This document shows positions 9,681 to 19,492 of a stretch of 64,000 nt of DNA, piece by piece. The notes beneath the pieces are model-generated. The model did no database searches. It was not told the DNA's origin and was given only the letters and a program-made list of their open reading frames with translations. The number at the start of each line of letters is the position of its first letter. The stretch's first letter is position 1. The stretch is taken from the NCBI GenBank assembly GCA_040755995.1, contig JBFMAF010000026.1, forward strand, positions 130,360-194,359, written 5' to 3'. Origin of the DNA: Acidobacteriota bacterium (GTDB lineage: Bacteria > Acidobacteriota > CAIWXX01). Position numbers and translations under genes: made by a program.

Positions 9681-11486
9681 ATGCAGAAACGCGCTAATGA
9701 TTGCGGCTGGCAGGTGGACTGTGAGAACGGCCGGAGGGAGAGCCCGTGCGGCTTCGGAGTGTCCTTGAGTGTTGCGATACTTCTCGCCCTGGCGGTGGGC
9801 GTAGGTCTCGGCTCAGGGGCCGAAGGCGGGCAGCCTGACGAGATTCTGCACATTTCCGGTACCGTGACCGATGCGCACAGGGAACCGGTGCGGGGAGCGC
9901 AGGTGATGATTCTCGTAGACAGCGCGCCTCAACAGCTGATGGTTGGGGAGGAGCTGGAGCTGTCCACCGAGACGTCTCCGCTCGGCTCCTACGTCGCCAA
10001 GGTCGTACTGCCTCCGGGACAGATCCACACGGCGGGAATCGAGGTCGAGATAGCCAAGACCGCGTACACGCAGGTACGCATCGCGATCGAGAAGGAAGCC
10101 CTGGCGAGCAAAGGCGATGTCCACTACGCCGTTCTCGACGTGCAGCTGAAACGAGTGCTCGGGCCGGCCTTCTACCTTGCGACGGTGTTATTCCTGGTGG
10201 TCTACATCCTCATCTCCTTCGAGCTGCTCCACCGCACGATGGCTGCCATGCTCGGAGCTGCCATCATGCTGCTGGTGAGCTATACGGCCGGCACGCTCAA
10301 CCCGGACTACTATCTCATATCTTTCGAACGGGCCATGCGCGCGATAGACATGAACGTCGTATTTCTGTTGATGGGGATGATGATCATCGTGGGAGTGCTC
10401 AAGCACACCGGGGTCTTCCAGTGGTGCGCTTACATGAGCTTCAAGCTCGCACGCGGAAACGTGGCCGGCCTCGCTGTGATCTCCTGCATCTTCATCGCGG
10501 TGACTTCTGCGTTCCTGGACAACGTCACGACGATGCTGCTCTATACACCGGTGCTGATCGAGATCTCGATCGCCCTCAAGATCTCGCCGCTGACGCTCCT
10601 CATCCCAGGAGTCATGGCATCCAACGTAGGGGGCACTACCACACTGATAGGCGACCCGCCGAACATCATGATCGGGTCGTATACCGGGCTCACATTCATG
10701 CAGTTCGTCCAGAACCTGACCCTGGTTTGTCTCGTCGCCATGGTCGCTCTGGCGGCGTACAACCATTTGTTCTACAAGAAGGCCTATCACGAGGGTCGGG
10801 TCGAGGACGTCGGAGCGTTCACGGCCTATCTGAAGGAGGTCTACCAGATCACCGACAAGCGGCTCCTCGGATATGGCCTCATCATGATGGCGATCGTGAT
10901 CGGCTTCTTCTTGACCCACGGGTTCTGGCACATGGAGGTCTGCATACCGGCGCTCTTCGGTGCCGCTGCGATCTTTTCCTATGCCGTCCTGACGAAACGA
11001 GTGAAGATGCTCGATCTGATCGAGAAAGACATCGAATGGACAACACTGCTCTTTTTCATCTTCCTGTTCATCATCGTGGGAGCGGTCGAGGAGGTAGGCT
11101 TGTTGGCCGTCATCGCGGACTGGGTCCTCTCACTCTCCGCGGGAAGCCTGGTGGCCGCTATCTGCCTGATCCTCTGGGTGTCGGCCATCATGAGCGCATT
11201 CGTCGACAACATCCCGTTCACCGCGACGATGCTCCCCATCACCGCCTACCTCACGAAGGTGATCCCCGGCGCGGCGGAGTCGAACGTGCTGTGGTGGGCG
11301 CTTTCTCTCGGCGCATGCCTGGGGGGCAACGGCACCATGATCGGCGCGAGTGCAAACGTCGTAACCATGGGCATCGCCGAAGGCGCCGGCCACCGGATCC
11401 GCTTCTTCGCTTTCATGAAGTACGCGTTCCTGTACATGTTGATCAGCGTTGCCATCGCCAACGTGTGGTTGCTGCTGTTCTACTGA
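9681..11486 (+). CDS. ArsB/NhaD (P-protein-like) anion permease with N-terminal extracytoplasmic beta-sandwich domain
   Basis: SAFLDNVTT, SNVGGTTTLIGDPPNIMIG, SAFVDNIPF, GACLGGNGTMIGASANVV; N-terminal hydrophobic stretch then ISGTVTDAHREPVRGAQV; start uncertain. Confidence 0.88.
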   Translation: MQKRANDCGWQVDCENGRRESPCGFGVSLSVAILLALAVGVGLGSGAEGGQPDEILHISGTVTDAHREPVRGAQVMILVDSAPQQLMVGEELELSTETSPLGSYVAKVVLPPGQIHTAGIEVEIAKTAYTQVRIAIEKEALASKGDVHYAVLDVQLKRVLGPAFYLATVLFLVVYILISFELLHRTMAAMLGAAIMLLVSYTAGTLNPDYYLISFERAMRAIDMNVVFLLMGMMIIVGVLKHTGVFQWCAYMSFKLARGNVAGLAVISCIFIAVTSAFLDNVTTMLLYTPVLIEISIALKISPLTLLIPGVMASNVGGTTTLIGDPPNIMIGSYTGLTFMQFVQNLTLVCLVAMVALAAYNHLFYKKAYHEGRVEDVGAFTAYLKEVYQITDKRLLGYGLIMMAIVIGFFLTHGFWHMEVCIPALFGAAAIFSYAVLTKRVKMLDLIEKDIEWTTLLFFIFLFIIVGAVEEVGLLAVIADWVLSLSAGSLVAAICLILWVSAIMSAFVDNIPFTATMLPITAYLTKVIPGAAESNVLWWALSLGACLGGNGTMIGASANVVTMGIAEGAGHRIRFFAFMKYAFLYMLISVAIANVWLLLFY

Positions 11487-11559
11487 CCCCTGGGTCGCGG
11501 CGACGCGGTGAGGGTTCGTGGTTCCAGCCGGCCCCACACGGCGTCTCCGCCCCGGTCCC

Positions 11560-12753
11560 CTACGCCGCTACTTGCTTCAAGACGCGCTGCGTCACGCCGT
11601 AGATCTCGTCCGGTGTGAACGGCTTGGGCATGTAGTCGGCCGCGCCCCTCTGGATCGCCTCCATCGCCGTGTCGATCGACGCAAAGCCGGTGACGATCAC
11701 CACGGGTAGAGCCGGCCGGAGCTTTCGGATGGTCGAGATCATCTCCAGCCCGTTGAGATCTTTCAGCTTCATGTCGAGCAGCACCAGAGAGAACTCCTCG
11801 GCCTGGATCCTTGCCAGTGCGTCGACACCGCCGAAAGACTCGGCGATCTGGTAGCCCTTGCGGGTCAAGCTCTTTCGAATGCTGTTGACGACCACAGCCT
11901 CATCGTCCACCACCAGGATCCTCGGGGCGCTCTCGGCCCGAACGACCTCCTCCCAGTGCCCGACGACAGGCATGTCCGAACGCCCCAGGGCCCTGGCGTA
12001 CGACTCCGAAGTCGCCGCCGCCACTTCGGCGTATGAGAAGGGCATGTCTGCGTCGATGGGATCGGCAATCCAGGCCGCAAGGCTGTGCGACATCCCCTGC
12101 TTCTTGCGTTCGGCCACGACAACCGGGCATTCCTCCTGCTCGCAGACTCCCTTCGTGCGCATACGCTTGCAGCTCCGGCTTCCCTTGAGGCAGTAGTCAG
12201 GTGCGATCGGCTTCAGAGGTGCTCGGGCAACGGCCAGGTCGGAACGAGTGAGCTGTTCGAGGTAGGCGGGGGAGGTCGCCAGGGCCACCTCACGAGCGTC
12301 GAACGGCATATCGACGTCGATGATGCCCGCCGGAGGCAGCGAGTCGGGCTCGCTGAAGCACCGGCAGCCGCCAAGAGCCTCCTCGACAGCGTGCTCGAGC
12401 TCCTCGGGTGTAAACGGCTTGGCAACGTAGCCGGCCGCACCGAACTTGGCTGCCTCGACCGCCGAGGCGATAGACGCGTATCCGGTCACGATCAGCACGT
12501 TCGTCCCGGTAAACGAATCCTTCACGATCTTCAGCAATTCGATGCCGCCGGCCTGCGGCATCATCAGGTCCGCGATCACCAGATCGAATCTGTTCCCTCG
12601 ACGTATCGCGTCAAGGGCCTCCTGCGCCGAAGCGACCTCCTGGACGGAATATCCCCTTCTCTTCAGAATCTTGCTGATGCTCCTGCATACATCCGGCTCG
12701 TCGTCCACGGCCAGTATGTTCTTGACTCCGGGAATCACCGTCGTGTCTTGCAT
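11560..12753 (-). CDS. Double-receiver response regulator with a central repeat/Cys4 region
   Basis: Two complete REC domains (AVDDE..DLMMP..KPF; VVDDE..DMKL..KPF); ATG 12753 preceded by AAGGAGG. Confidence 0.88.
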   Translation of the reverse strand: MQDTTVIPGVKNILAVDDEPDVCRSISKILKRRGYSVQEVASAQEALDAIRRGNRFDLVIADLMMPQAGGIELLKIVKDSFTGTNVLIVTGYASIASAVEAAKFGAAGYVAKPFTPEELEHAVEEALGGCRCFSEPDSLPPAGIIDVDMPFDAREVALATSPAYLEQLTRSDLAVARAPLKPIAPDYCLKGSRSCKRMRTKGVCEQEECPVVVAERKKQGMSHSLAAWIADPIDADMPFSYAEVAAATSESYARALGRSDMPVVGHWEEVVRAESAPRILVVDDEAVVVNSIRKSLTRKGYQIAESFGGVDALARIQAEEFSLVLLDMKLKDLNGLEMISTIRKLRPALPVVIVTGFASIDTAMEAIQRGAADYMPKPFTPDEIYGVTQRVLKQVAA

Positions 12754-12807
12754 TGCTGCCTCCTTGATGTTGCTCTTGGTCATCTGCGTGGTCTCACCAT
12801 CCCTAGG

Positions 12808-12823
12808 TGCAAACCCGATGCCA
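12808..12823 (-). promoter_or_regulatory. Sigma-54 (-24/-12) promoter
   Basis: Minus strand TGGCATCGGGTTTGCA = GG-N10-GC, about 55 bp upstream of the ATG at 12753. Confidence 0.8.
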
Positions 12824-13300
12824 GCTTGGGCAGCGATCACACGCCGGCTGCAATGTAGCAGCTAGGTCTGTTGAGTCAGTGAGTTGGCACGAAGCTGGTG
12901 GACTCGACCGAGCATCCCGTAGCACACCCGGTGCATGCGGGCCGCATGCAGCATCCGCGGTTGTATCTGCCTTCGATCCGCTCGGGCCGCTGGGCAGGCC
13001 GGTAGTGCGGCACATCGTGAGGGTGCATACATCCGGCATGCACGTGAATACCGAAAGCATGCACTCGGCCATGCCCCGGGTGGCACCCGCCGGGACACAC
13101 CTTTGCGTCGATCCGAAAGCTCCGAGTTGGGCGATTTCGTAGTTTTTCGGAACCTCTTTCGTGACTTCTTGGAGGCGATGGGCGAGAACATGAGTGGATA
13201 TGAACTCGGCTGCCTGAACTGCTTGCAGCTGGGCCGGTTCGAAGGAGGGAGCATGGCGAACTCAGGATGGACACTGACATCGCGCAGCAAGGAGGAGGCC

Positions 13301-15067
13301 GTGATTCGAGTGCACATAGGTCTGGCAGGGGCCCTCATTGTCGGAGGCAGCATGATTCTGGCTGCCGGGATGGCGAACGCCGGGGCCGCGGCGATCAACT
13401 GGGAGCTGAAGACTCCGGCCGCATCGCCACCCGCCCGGTATCAGCACTCGATGGCATACGATGCGGCCCGGGGTCAGCTCGTCCTGTTCGGGGGATATGC
13501 GCATCCTGCCGCTTTGGGCGATACCTGGGTGTGGGACGGCTCGAACTGGACGCAGAAGAGCCCACCGTCATGGCCATCAGCCCGGTTTACCCATGCCATG
13601 GCGTACGACGCGGCCCGGGGTCAGGTTGTCCTCTTCGGGGGATACGACGGCGCGAGCAGCTTCAACGACACCTGGGTGTGGGACGGGTCAACGTGGACGC
13701 AGAAGACTCCGGCGGCTTCCCCGCCGGCTCGATTTCTTCACGCCATGACATACGACGCGGCCCGCGGCCAGGTGGTTCTCTTCGGCGGCCACGAAAGCGG
13801 CTTCCTGGCGGATACCTGGGTCTGGGACGGCTCGAACTGGGCTCAGAAGAAGGGGCCCACACCGGGGCCGTCGGCCCGGTGCGGGCATGCAATCGCATAC
13901 GATGCGGCCCGCAGCCAGGTCGTCCTCTTCGGAGGCGAAGACGGCGGGAGCCGTCTCAACGATACTTGGGTCTGGAACGGTTCCACGTGGACCCAGAAGA
14001 CCACAGCCTCGCCAGCGATTCGAAACAACCACGCCATGGCCTATGACGGAGCCCGAGGTGAGGTGGTCCTTTTCGGTGGAGGAGGCCAAACCTACCTGGG
14101 CGATACATGGGCTTGGGACGGCTCCGCGTGGAATCAAGAAAATCCAGCGGCTTCGCCCTCGGCCCGGTACCAGCATGCCATGGCCTATGACGCCGCCCGC
14201 GGGCGGCTTGTCCTTTTTGGGGGATGGGACGGCTCCGCCTACAGGGACGACACCTGGGTGACGTCTGCGTCCTGTGGCACGATCACGGTAGCGCCGGCAG
14301 GGATGCCGGGGGCGATCGCCGGGCAGTTCTTTCAAGAGACTGTATCCGCGACCGGCGGCAACGCTCCGTATGGCTACGCGATGACCGCAGGCACCCCGCC
14401 GCCCGGGATGGGATTCGATACGGTGACCGGCGTCCTGTCGGGCACGTGCGGTGCTGCCGGCGACTACAGCTTCACGATCACCGCGACTGACTCGTGGGGA
14501 TGCACGGGCAGCCGTGTATACACACTGACAGTGTCGTCAGGCTGCGTCCAGCCTTTCATCATTCTGCAGCCCACGAGCAAGACCGTCGTCAGTGGGCAGC
14601 AAGTGTTGATCGAGGTCATCACCGGTGGCACAGACCCGATGAATTTCCAATGGTACGAGGGAGCCAGCGGGGATACCGGCGCTCCGGTCAGCGGGGCCAT
14701 CACCGACTTGCTATTGACGCCGGCGCTCACCACGACAACGAACTACTGGTTGCGCATCGGCAACACCTGCGGGACAGTCGACAGCGCCACCATTACAGTC
14801 ACCGTGACCAGCGCCGGTCCGACGATCACCAGGATCAAGTCGAAGACCAGCAAGCCCGGCAGCAGCGCGACGATCTACGGTGCAGGCTTCAGTGCGACCC
14901 CCTCGCAGAACACCGTCTACTTCGGCAAGAAGAAGGCCGCCGTAAAGAAGGCAAGAGCGACGAGCCTGCAGGTAACGATCCCGAGCAAAGCCAAGAAGGG
15001 CAGCGTAGGCGTCTATGTCGTCGTGAACGGCAAGAATAGCAACACCGTGCAGTTCACGGTGAAGTGA
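13301..15067 (+). CDS. Secreted Kelch-repeat beta-propeller protein with Ig-like and C-terminal IPT/TIG domains
   Basis: GTG after AAGGAGGAGG; signal-like N-terminus; six PxAR..HAMAYDAARGQVVLFGG..DTWVWDGS repeats; He_PIG-like GVLSGT..FTITATD; Lys-rich IPT tail. Confidence 0.85.
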   Translation: MIRVHIGLAGALIVGGSMILAAGMANAGAAAINWELKTPAASPPARYQHSMAYDAARGQLVLFGGYAHPAALGDTWVWDGSNWTQKSPPSWPSARFTHAMAYDAARGQVVLFGGYDGASSFNDTWVWDGSTWTQKTPAASPPARFLHAMTYDAARGQVVLFGGHESGFLADTWVWDGSNWAQKKGPTPGPSARCGHAIAYDAARSQVVLFGGEDGGSRLNDTWVWNGSTWTQKTTASPAIRNNHAMAYDGARGEVVLFGGGGQTYLGDTWAWDGSAWNQENPAASPSARYQHAMAYDAARGRLVLFGGWDGSAYRDDTWVTSASCGTITVAPAGMPGAIAGQFFQETVSATGGNAPYGYAMTAGTPPPGMGFDTVTGVLSGTCGAAGDYSFTITATDSWGCTGSRVYTLTVSSGCVQPFIILQPTSKTVVSGQQVLIEVITGGTDPMNFQWYEGASGDTGAPVSGAITDLLLTPALTTTTNYWLRIGNTCGTVDSATITVTVTSAGPTITRIKSKTSKPGSSATIYGAGFSATPSQNTVYFGKKKAAVKKARATSLQVTIPSKAKKGSVGVYVVVNGKNSNTVQFTVK

Positions 15068-15072
15068 GGCGC

Positions 15073-17184
15073 TCAGAAGTCGATGCCTTCGACGGCGTAG
15101 ATAGAGGAGACGCCGTGGCTCACGAGCAACGCAATGGGTGCGCCTGCGCGAGCGATGTCGAGGTCCTCCACGACGAAGTCCGCTTCCGGCGGGCGCACAC
15201 GAACTGGCTGGCCGCCGTCGAGGGTTACTCTCCAGATCCCCGACATGTCCAGGAACCGCGCGAAGAGCAGACTCTCACCTGATGGTTCCCATACGGGGAA
15301 CTGGCCGTCAGGCGAGAGGCGCCGCGGGCTTCCGCCGAATGCATCGACCACCCACAGTCCGCAGCTCCTGGTGTCCTCGGGCCGATACGCGCCGCTCCAG
15401 GCGATTCTCCTGCCGTCAGGGGACCAGCGGACCCCCTCGATCCGCGGCGATACGGCGAGGACTCTCTCCTGATTGCTCCTCAGGTCGATAACGGCGAGCT
15501 CCCACTCCGAATCCGCGTGACGGGCCGCGGCGAGCGATGCGCCATCCGGGGAGATGTCGGGCCAATCCCAGCCTCGATCGCCGGCGGTAAGTCTGGCCGG
15601 CATGCCGCCACCCGGGGAGAGTCTCCAGACCTGGCGCACACCGCCATCGGCCGGAGCCGCGAGAAGCAACAGATCGCCGTCGCGGGTCCATCTGACTCTC
15701 CACACGCTCATATCTGTGATCTGACGGCGCTCCTGTGTGGTGGTATCGAGCACGCTGAGTGTCGGGCCGACTGCACCGGTCCGCGAAATGACTGCGATCA
15801 GCCGGCCGTCGGGAGACACGGATGCCGCCTGCAGATCCTCGGAGCGGAGAAGGGGCGAGGCGGGTGCCTTCAAATCGCGCCCGAGCTGCACCTCATGCGC
15901 TCCTCGCGAGCACGAGAACGCGACGGCGCGCCCATCGGGCGACACGGTGGGACTGGCGATGTTGCCCGGACCGGCCGTGATTTCGGCCGCGGGGCCGCCA
16001 GCCGCCGCTACACGCCACAGGTTCATGGCTCCGCTCAGATCGCTGGCGAAAACAATCCACCGCGAATCAGGTGCCCACGCGAGCCCGTATAGCTGGCTCC
16101 CGCGATCTGTCAGCTGACGGCGTTCCGATGCATCCGGTCGGACGACATAGAGATGTCCCTTTCCGCCTTCGGGGTCGCTGGTCGCATACGCGATCCAGCG
16201 CCCGTCAGGTGACCAGCGAGGCCAGTGGCCGTGTTCGGCAACTTCGATCTCCCTGCCGTCCGAGCGCAGCACTCGGATCGCAGTGCCGGCGGCACCCACG
16301 AATGCGCATGCAATTGCCGAGCCGTCTGGAGACGGACTCGCTGCGGAGGCTCGCGCGAACATGACGTGTGGCGTCCCACCTACCACAGGCACGGCCCAGA
16401 CGTCCGGAACCGTGTCCCCCTCGCGGCCCTGCCTGTAGCTCGTGAACATCGCGAGGTCTCCATCGGTGGAGAAGGTTGGAGCGGGCCCGCGCACTTCGAT
16501 CGTCTGGGTGAGCTGCAATGGCGCGCCGCCCCCGGGCCTCACGAGAAAGAGCGAATGCACGCCGGTGCTCGGATCCGGAGCGACCACCAGCATCGACTTG
16601 CCGTCGGGCGAGTACGCTGGCTTGACCATGCCACGAGGCTCCGACAGGAGTTCACGAAAGCGTTTGCTGTCCCCGGGTTGCTGAGCGCCCACCGCTGAAG
16701 GCCTCGGCGCTCTCTCAGGCAACAATCCCACGACGAGGAGGCCCGTTACAACCACCGCTCCCAACCCCGCAGCCCATAACGTGCGCCTGATAGACCGGTG
16801 TGGCGGCGCACTTCTATTGTCACTCTGCTCAGACGCGGGCGGTACCGGCCCTGTTCCCTCTGAGTCCGAAACCTCCACTGGCGCAATGAACCGGTAACCC
16901 CGCCGGTGGACTGTCTGCACGAACCTTGGGTCCTTTGCGTCATCGCCGAGGACGGAGCGAATCTCGCCGATGGCCTGCACCAGATTGTCATCGACCACCG
17001 CTACCCCGGCCCAGACCTTCTCGAAGATCGTCTGCTTCTCGACCAATGAGCCGCTGTTCTCGAGAAGCAGCACGAGTACGGAGAACGCACGGTTCGTCAG
17101 CAAGACGAGGCTGCCTTGCTTCGTCAACCGCCGCTGCTCGCGGTCGAGAACAAACGCGCCGAATCTGTAGAAGGATCCCGCCAT
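15073..17184 (-). CDS. CadC/ToxR-like membrane-anchored regulator: wHTH, TM, TolB-like (PD40) beta-propellers
   Basis: YRFGAFVLD..LLENSGSLVEK..VW..NLVQAIGEIRSVLGD..FVQTVHRRGYRF; one TM; repeated P.WSPDG motifs. Confidence 0.9.
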   Translation of the reverse strand: MAGSFYRFGAFVLDREQRRLTKQGSLVLLTNRAFSVLVLLLENSGSLVEKQTIFEKVWAGVAVVDDNLVQAIGEIRSVLGDDAKDPRFVQTVHRRGYRFIAPVEVSDSEGTGPVPPASEQSDNRSAPPHRSIRRTLWAAGLGAVVVTGLLVVGLLPERAPRPSAVGAQQPGDSKRFRELLSEPRGMVKPAYSPDGKSMLVVAPDPSTGVHSLFLVRPGGGAPLQLTQTIEVRGPAPTFSTDGDLAMFTSYRQGREGDTVPDVWAVPVVGGTPHVMFARASAASPSPDGSAIACAFVGAAGTAIRVLRSDGREIEVAEHGHWPRWSPDGRWIAYATSDPEGGKGHLYVVRPDASERRQLTDRGSQLYGLAWAPDSRWIVFASDLSGAMNLWRVAAAGGPAAEITAGPGNIASPTVSPDGRAVAFSCSRGAHEVQLGRDLKAPASPLLRSEDLQAASVSPDGRLIAVISRTGAVGPTLSVLDTTTQERRQITDMSVWRVRWTRDGDLLLLAAPADGGVRQVWRLSPGGGMPARLTAGDRGWDWPDISPDGASLAAARHADSEWELAVIDLRSNQERVLAVSPRIEGVRWSPDGRRIAWSGAYRPEDTRSCGLWVVDAFGGSPRRLSPDGQFPVWEPSGESLLFARFLDMSGIWRVTLDGGQPVRVRPPEADFVVEDLDIARAGAPIALLVSHGVSSIYAVEGIDF

Positions 17185-17522
17185 GCACCACTGCCCAGTT
17201 TCAGAGCTGCACGAATCATAGCACAGGCGTGAGCCCGCGTGGCATCGCCCGGCGCTGACGCATGAGGGGTGACGGCGGGGTTCGCGCGGGCTGCTCCGAT
17301 TGGTGCCTGGGACAAGCCGAGGCAGATGCACGGAATCCGAGGGCCTCGTAGTGGTACGAAAGCCATCTCGGAACCTCCCGCGCAGACGGGTTCACTCCTA
17401 CTATGGTTCGGCGTTGCGTGCTCGACGCCGATCGAACATAATGAAAGAAGCCTCAAGGTGGATTGGGTGAAGACGCGTTGTGATGCCAGGAGCACCGCGG
17501 CAATGCAATGGAGGAGACGGCG

Positions 17523-17984
17523 ATGAAGATGCCTGCAGCAGCGACGACGATCAAGCGGAGCCGAGCGCTCCGGCGCACGCGATTCAATGAGTCCGACTTG
17601 CCTCTGGAGGTCCGGGACTTGAGGCGTAGGTTTCGCGAGTGGCACGAGAGTAGTGGCAACAGAGCAAAACGCATGGCATACATCCGAAGACTCACGAAGA
17701 GAATTGCCGAAGCATGCGGGCCGGAGGGAATCATCCTGTTCGGCTCATTTGCGTGCGGGAACCCGACGCCCGAGTCCGATGTGGACCTGCTGATCGTCAT
17801 GGACTACGAAGGCAGCCCGCTCGAACAGATGCAGAGAATTCGCAGGGATCTGGATCTGGTAGCGCCGGTTGACCTGCTGGTGCGCAGTCCAACAGAAGTC
17901 CGTGACAGAGTCGAGGACGGAGATATGTTCATGATCGACATACTGAGGCGCGGCAAGGTCTTGTATGAAGCAAAGCACGATTGA
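17523..17984 (+). CDS. Minimal nucleotidyltransferase (MNT) antitoxin-like protein
   Basis: IILFGS..G.PTPESDVDLLIV..PVDLLVR; start uncertain (17523 has an RBS; domain begins near 17673). Confidence 0.85.
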   Translation: MKMPAAATTIKRSRALRRTRFNESDLPLEVRDLRRRFREWHESSGNRAKRMAYIRRLTKRIAEACGPEGIILFGSFACGNPTPESDVDLLIVMDYEGSPLEQMQRIRRDLDLVAPVDLLVRSPTEVRDRVEDGDMFMIDILRRGKVLYEAKHD

Positions 17985-18040
17985 GTGGATTCAGAAAGCA
18001 GAAGGAGATTGGGAGATGGCTCAGCGGGCCGGGCGCGGGC
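17965..18040 (+). pseudogene. 5' remnant of a HEPN-domain toxin gene
   Basis: Overlaps the MNT stop; MKQSTIEWIQKAEGDWEMAQRA resembles a HEPN first helix, then similarity is lost and the frame runs antisense into the next gene. Confidence 0.65.
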
Positions 18041-18067
18041 GCGGCATCTACGGGACGCGGCACGCGC

Positions 18068-19492
18068 TCAGGGATCGCTGCAGGCTGGGCCGTCTTTCTG
18101 GAGTTGCCGGATGCCGTACTTGCGCATCAGGGCCTGCAGGTTCTGCCGCTGCATGCCGACGTCTTCGGCTGCGCGGCTGACGTTCCAGCCGCTTCTCTCC
18201 AGGGCGTTGACCACGAAGGCGCGTTCCACCTCGCCGACCGCCTCGTCCCGCAGCCGCCGCTTCAACGCGAGAAGCTCGCTCTTGGTCGCCGGTATCGTGA
18301 TGTCGGGCGGGATTCCGTGGATCGTCTTAGGCAGATGGTGCGGTTCGATCGGCCCGCCCTCGTGGTTGATCACCGCCCACTCGATCGCGTTCTCGAGCTG
18401 GCGAATGTTGCCGGGCCAATCGTATTTCTCCAACAGCCTCAAAGCCGCCTCTGAGAGCGTGGCCGCCTCCCGGCCCGTCCTCTCCTGCATCTTTTTCAGG
18501 ATGTGAAAGGCGAGCAGCGGGACGTCTTCTTTTCGCTCTCTCAACGGCGGCAAATGGATCGGGTAGACGTAGAGCCGATAGTAGAGATCCTCTCTGAACG
18601 ATTTCTCCGAGACCATTTTCGAAAGATCCCGATTCGTCGCGAAGATCAGCCTCACGTCCACCTGCTTCACTTCGGTGCCGCCCAGCGGGATGAACTGCCG
18701 CTCCTGAACGAACCTCAGGAGCTTGCCCTGGATATCCAGATCGACGTTGCAGATCTCGTCGAGGAAGACGGTGCCGCTATCCGCGGCTTCGAAGATCCCC
18801 TGCTTGTTGGCGATCGCGCCGGTGAACGCGCCCCTCACGTGTCCGAAGAGCTCGCTCTGCAGCAGTTCCAGCGACAGCGTGCCGCAGTCGACGGCGAAGA
18901 AGCGGTTGTCCCTGCGCGGGCTCAGGCCGTGGATCGCCCTCGCGACCAGCTCCTTGCCCGTCCCGCTCTCTCCCACGATCAAGACGGTGCTCGAAGTCGG
19001 GGCCACTTTGCGGATGAGCGAATAGACCTCTTGCATCCGCTGGCTTCTTCCGACTATGCCCGGAAACTCGGGGATCGCCACACCAGCCTCCACGGCCCTC
19101 TGCTCCATGACCAGCTTTCTCTTCTCCCACGCCTTCTGAGCCACACTCGCGAGCTCCTGTGCCGTGAACGGCTTGGGCAGATAGTCGAATGCGCCGAGCT
19201 TCATCGTCTCGACAACGGAGGCGATGGTGGCGTAGCCCGTTATCACCACGACGATCACGTCGGGGTACTGGTTGCGCAGAATCTCTATCAGCTCCATCCC
19301 ACCGATCTCGACCATCTTCAGATCGGTGATTACGAGGTCGAAGGGCTGCTCTCGCAGCGATCCGAGCGCCTGCTTTCCGGAGAGGGCGGTCTTGACGGTG
19401 AACCCCAGGCGTGCGAGCACCTTCTCACAACTCCTGCAGATCGAGAGCTCGTCATCGACGACGAGAACCTGCGGCCGGCCGGCTTCAGGCAT
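18068..19492 (-). CDS. Sigma-54-dependent response regulator (NtrC family)
   Basis: REC, GESGTGKE, intact GAFTGA, FLDEI, WPGNIRQLEN, Fis HTH; ATG overlaps the kinase stop. Confidence 0.95.
   Translation of the reverse strand: MPEAGRPQVLVVDDELSICRSCEKVLARLGFTVKTALSGKQALGSLREQPFDLVITDLKMVEIGGMELIEILRNQYPDVIVVVITGYATIASVVETMKLGAFDYLPKPFTAQELASVAQKAWEKRKLVMEQRAVEAGVAIPEFPGIVGRSQRMQEVYSLIRKVAPTSSTVLIVGESGTGKELVARAIHGLSPRRDNRFFAVDCGTLSLELLQSELFGHVRGAFTGAIANKQGIFEAADSGTVFLDEICNVDLDIQGKLLRFVQERQFIPLGGTEVKQVDVRLIFATNRDLSKMVSEKSFREDLYYRLYVYPIHLPPLRERKEDVPLLAFHILKKMQERTGREAATLSEAALRLLEKYDWPGNIRQLENAIEWAVINHEGGPIEPHHLPKTIHGIPPDITIPATKSELLALKRRLRDEAVGEVERAFVVNALERSGWNVSRAAEDVGMQRQNLQALMRKYGIRQLQKDGPACSDP

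Noticed and set aside
12885..12900. Second sigma-54 promoter (TGGCACGAAGCTGGTG)
   Set aside because: Lacks the GC at -12 with GG-N10-GC spacing.
12935..13300. N-terminal extension of the Kelch protein
   Set aside because: A strong RBS and signal-like sequence start at GTG 13301; the upstream translation looks non-coding.
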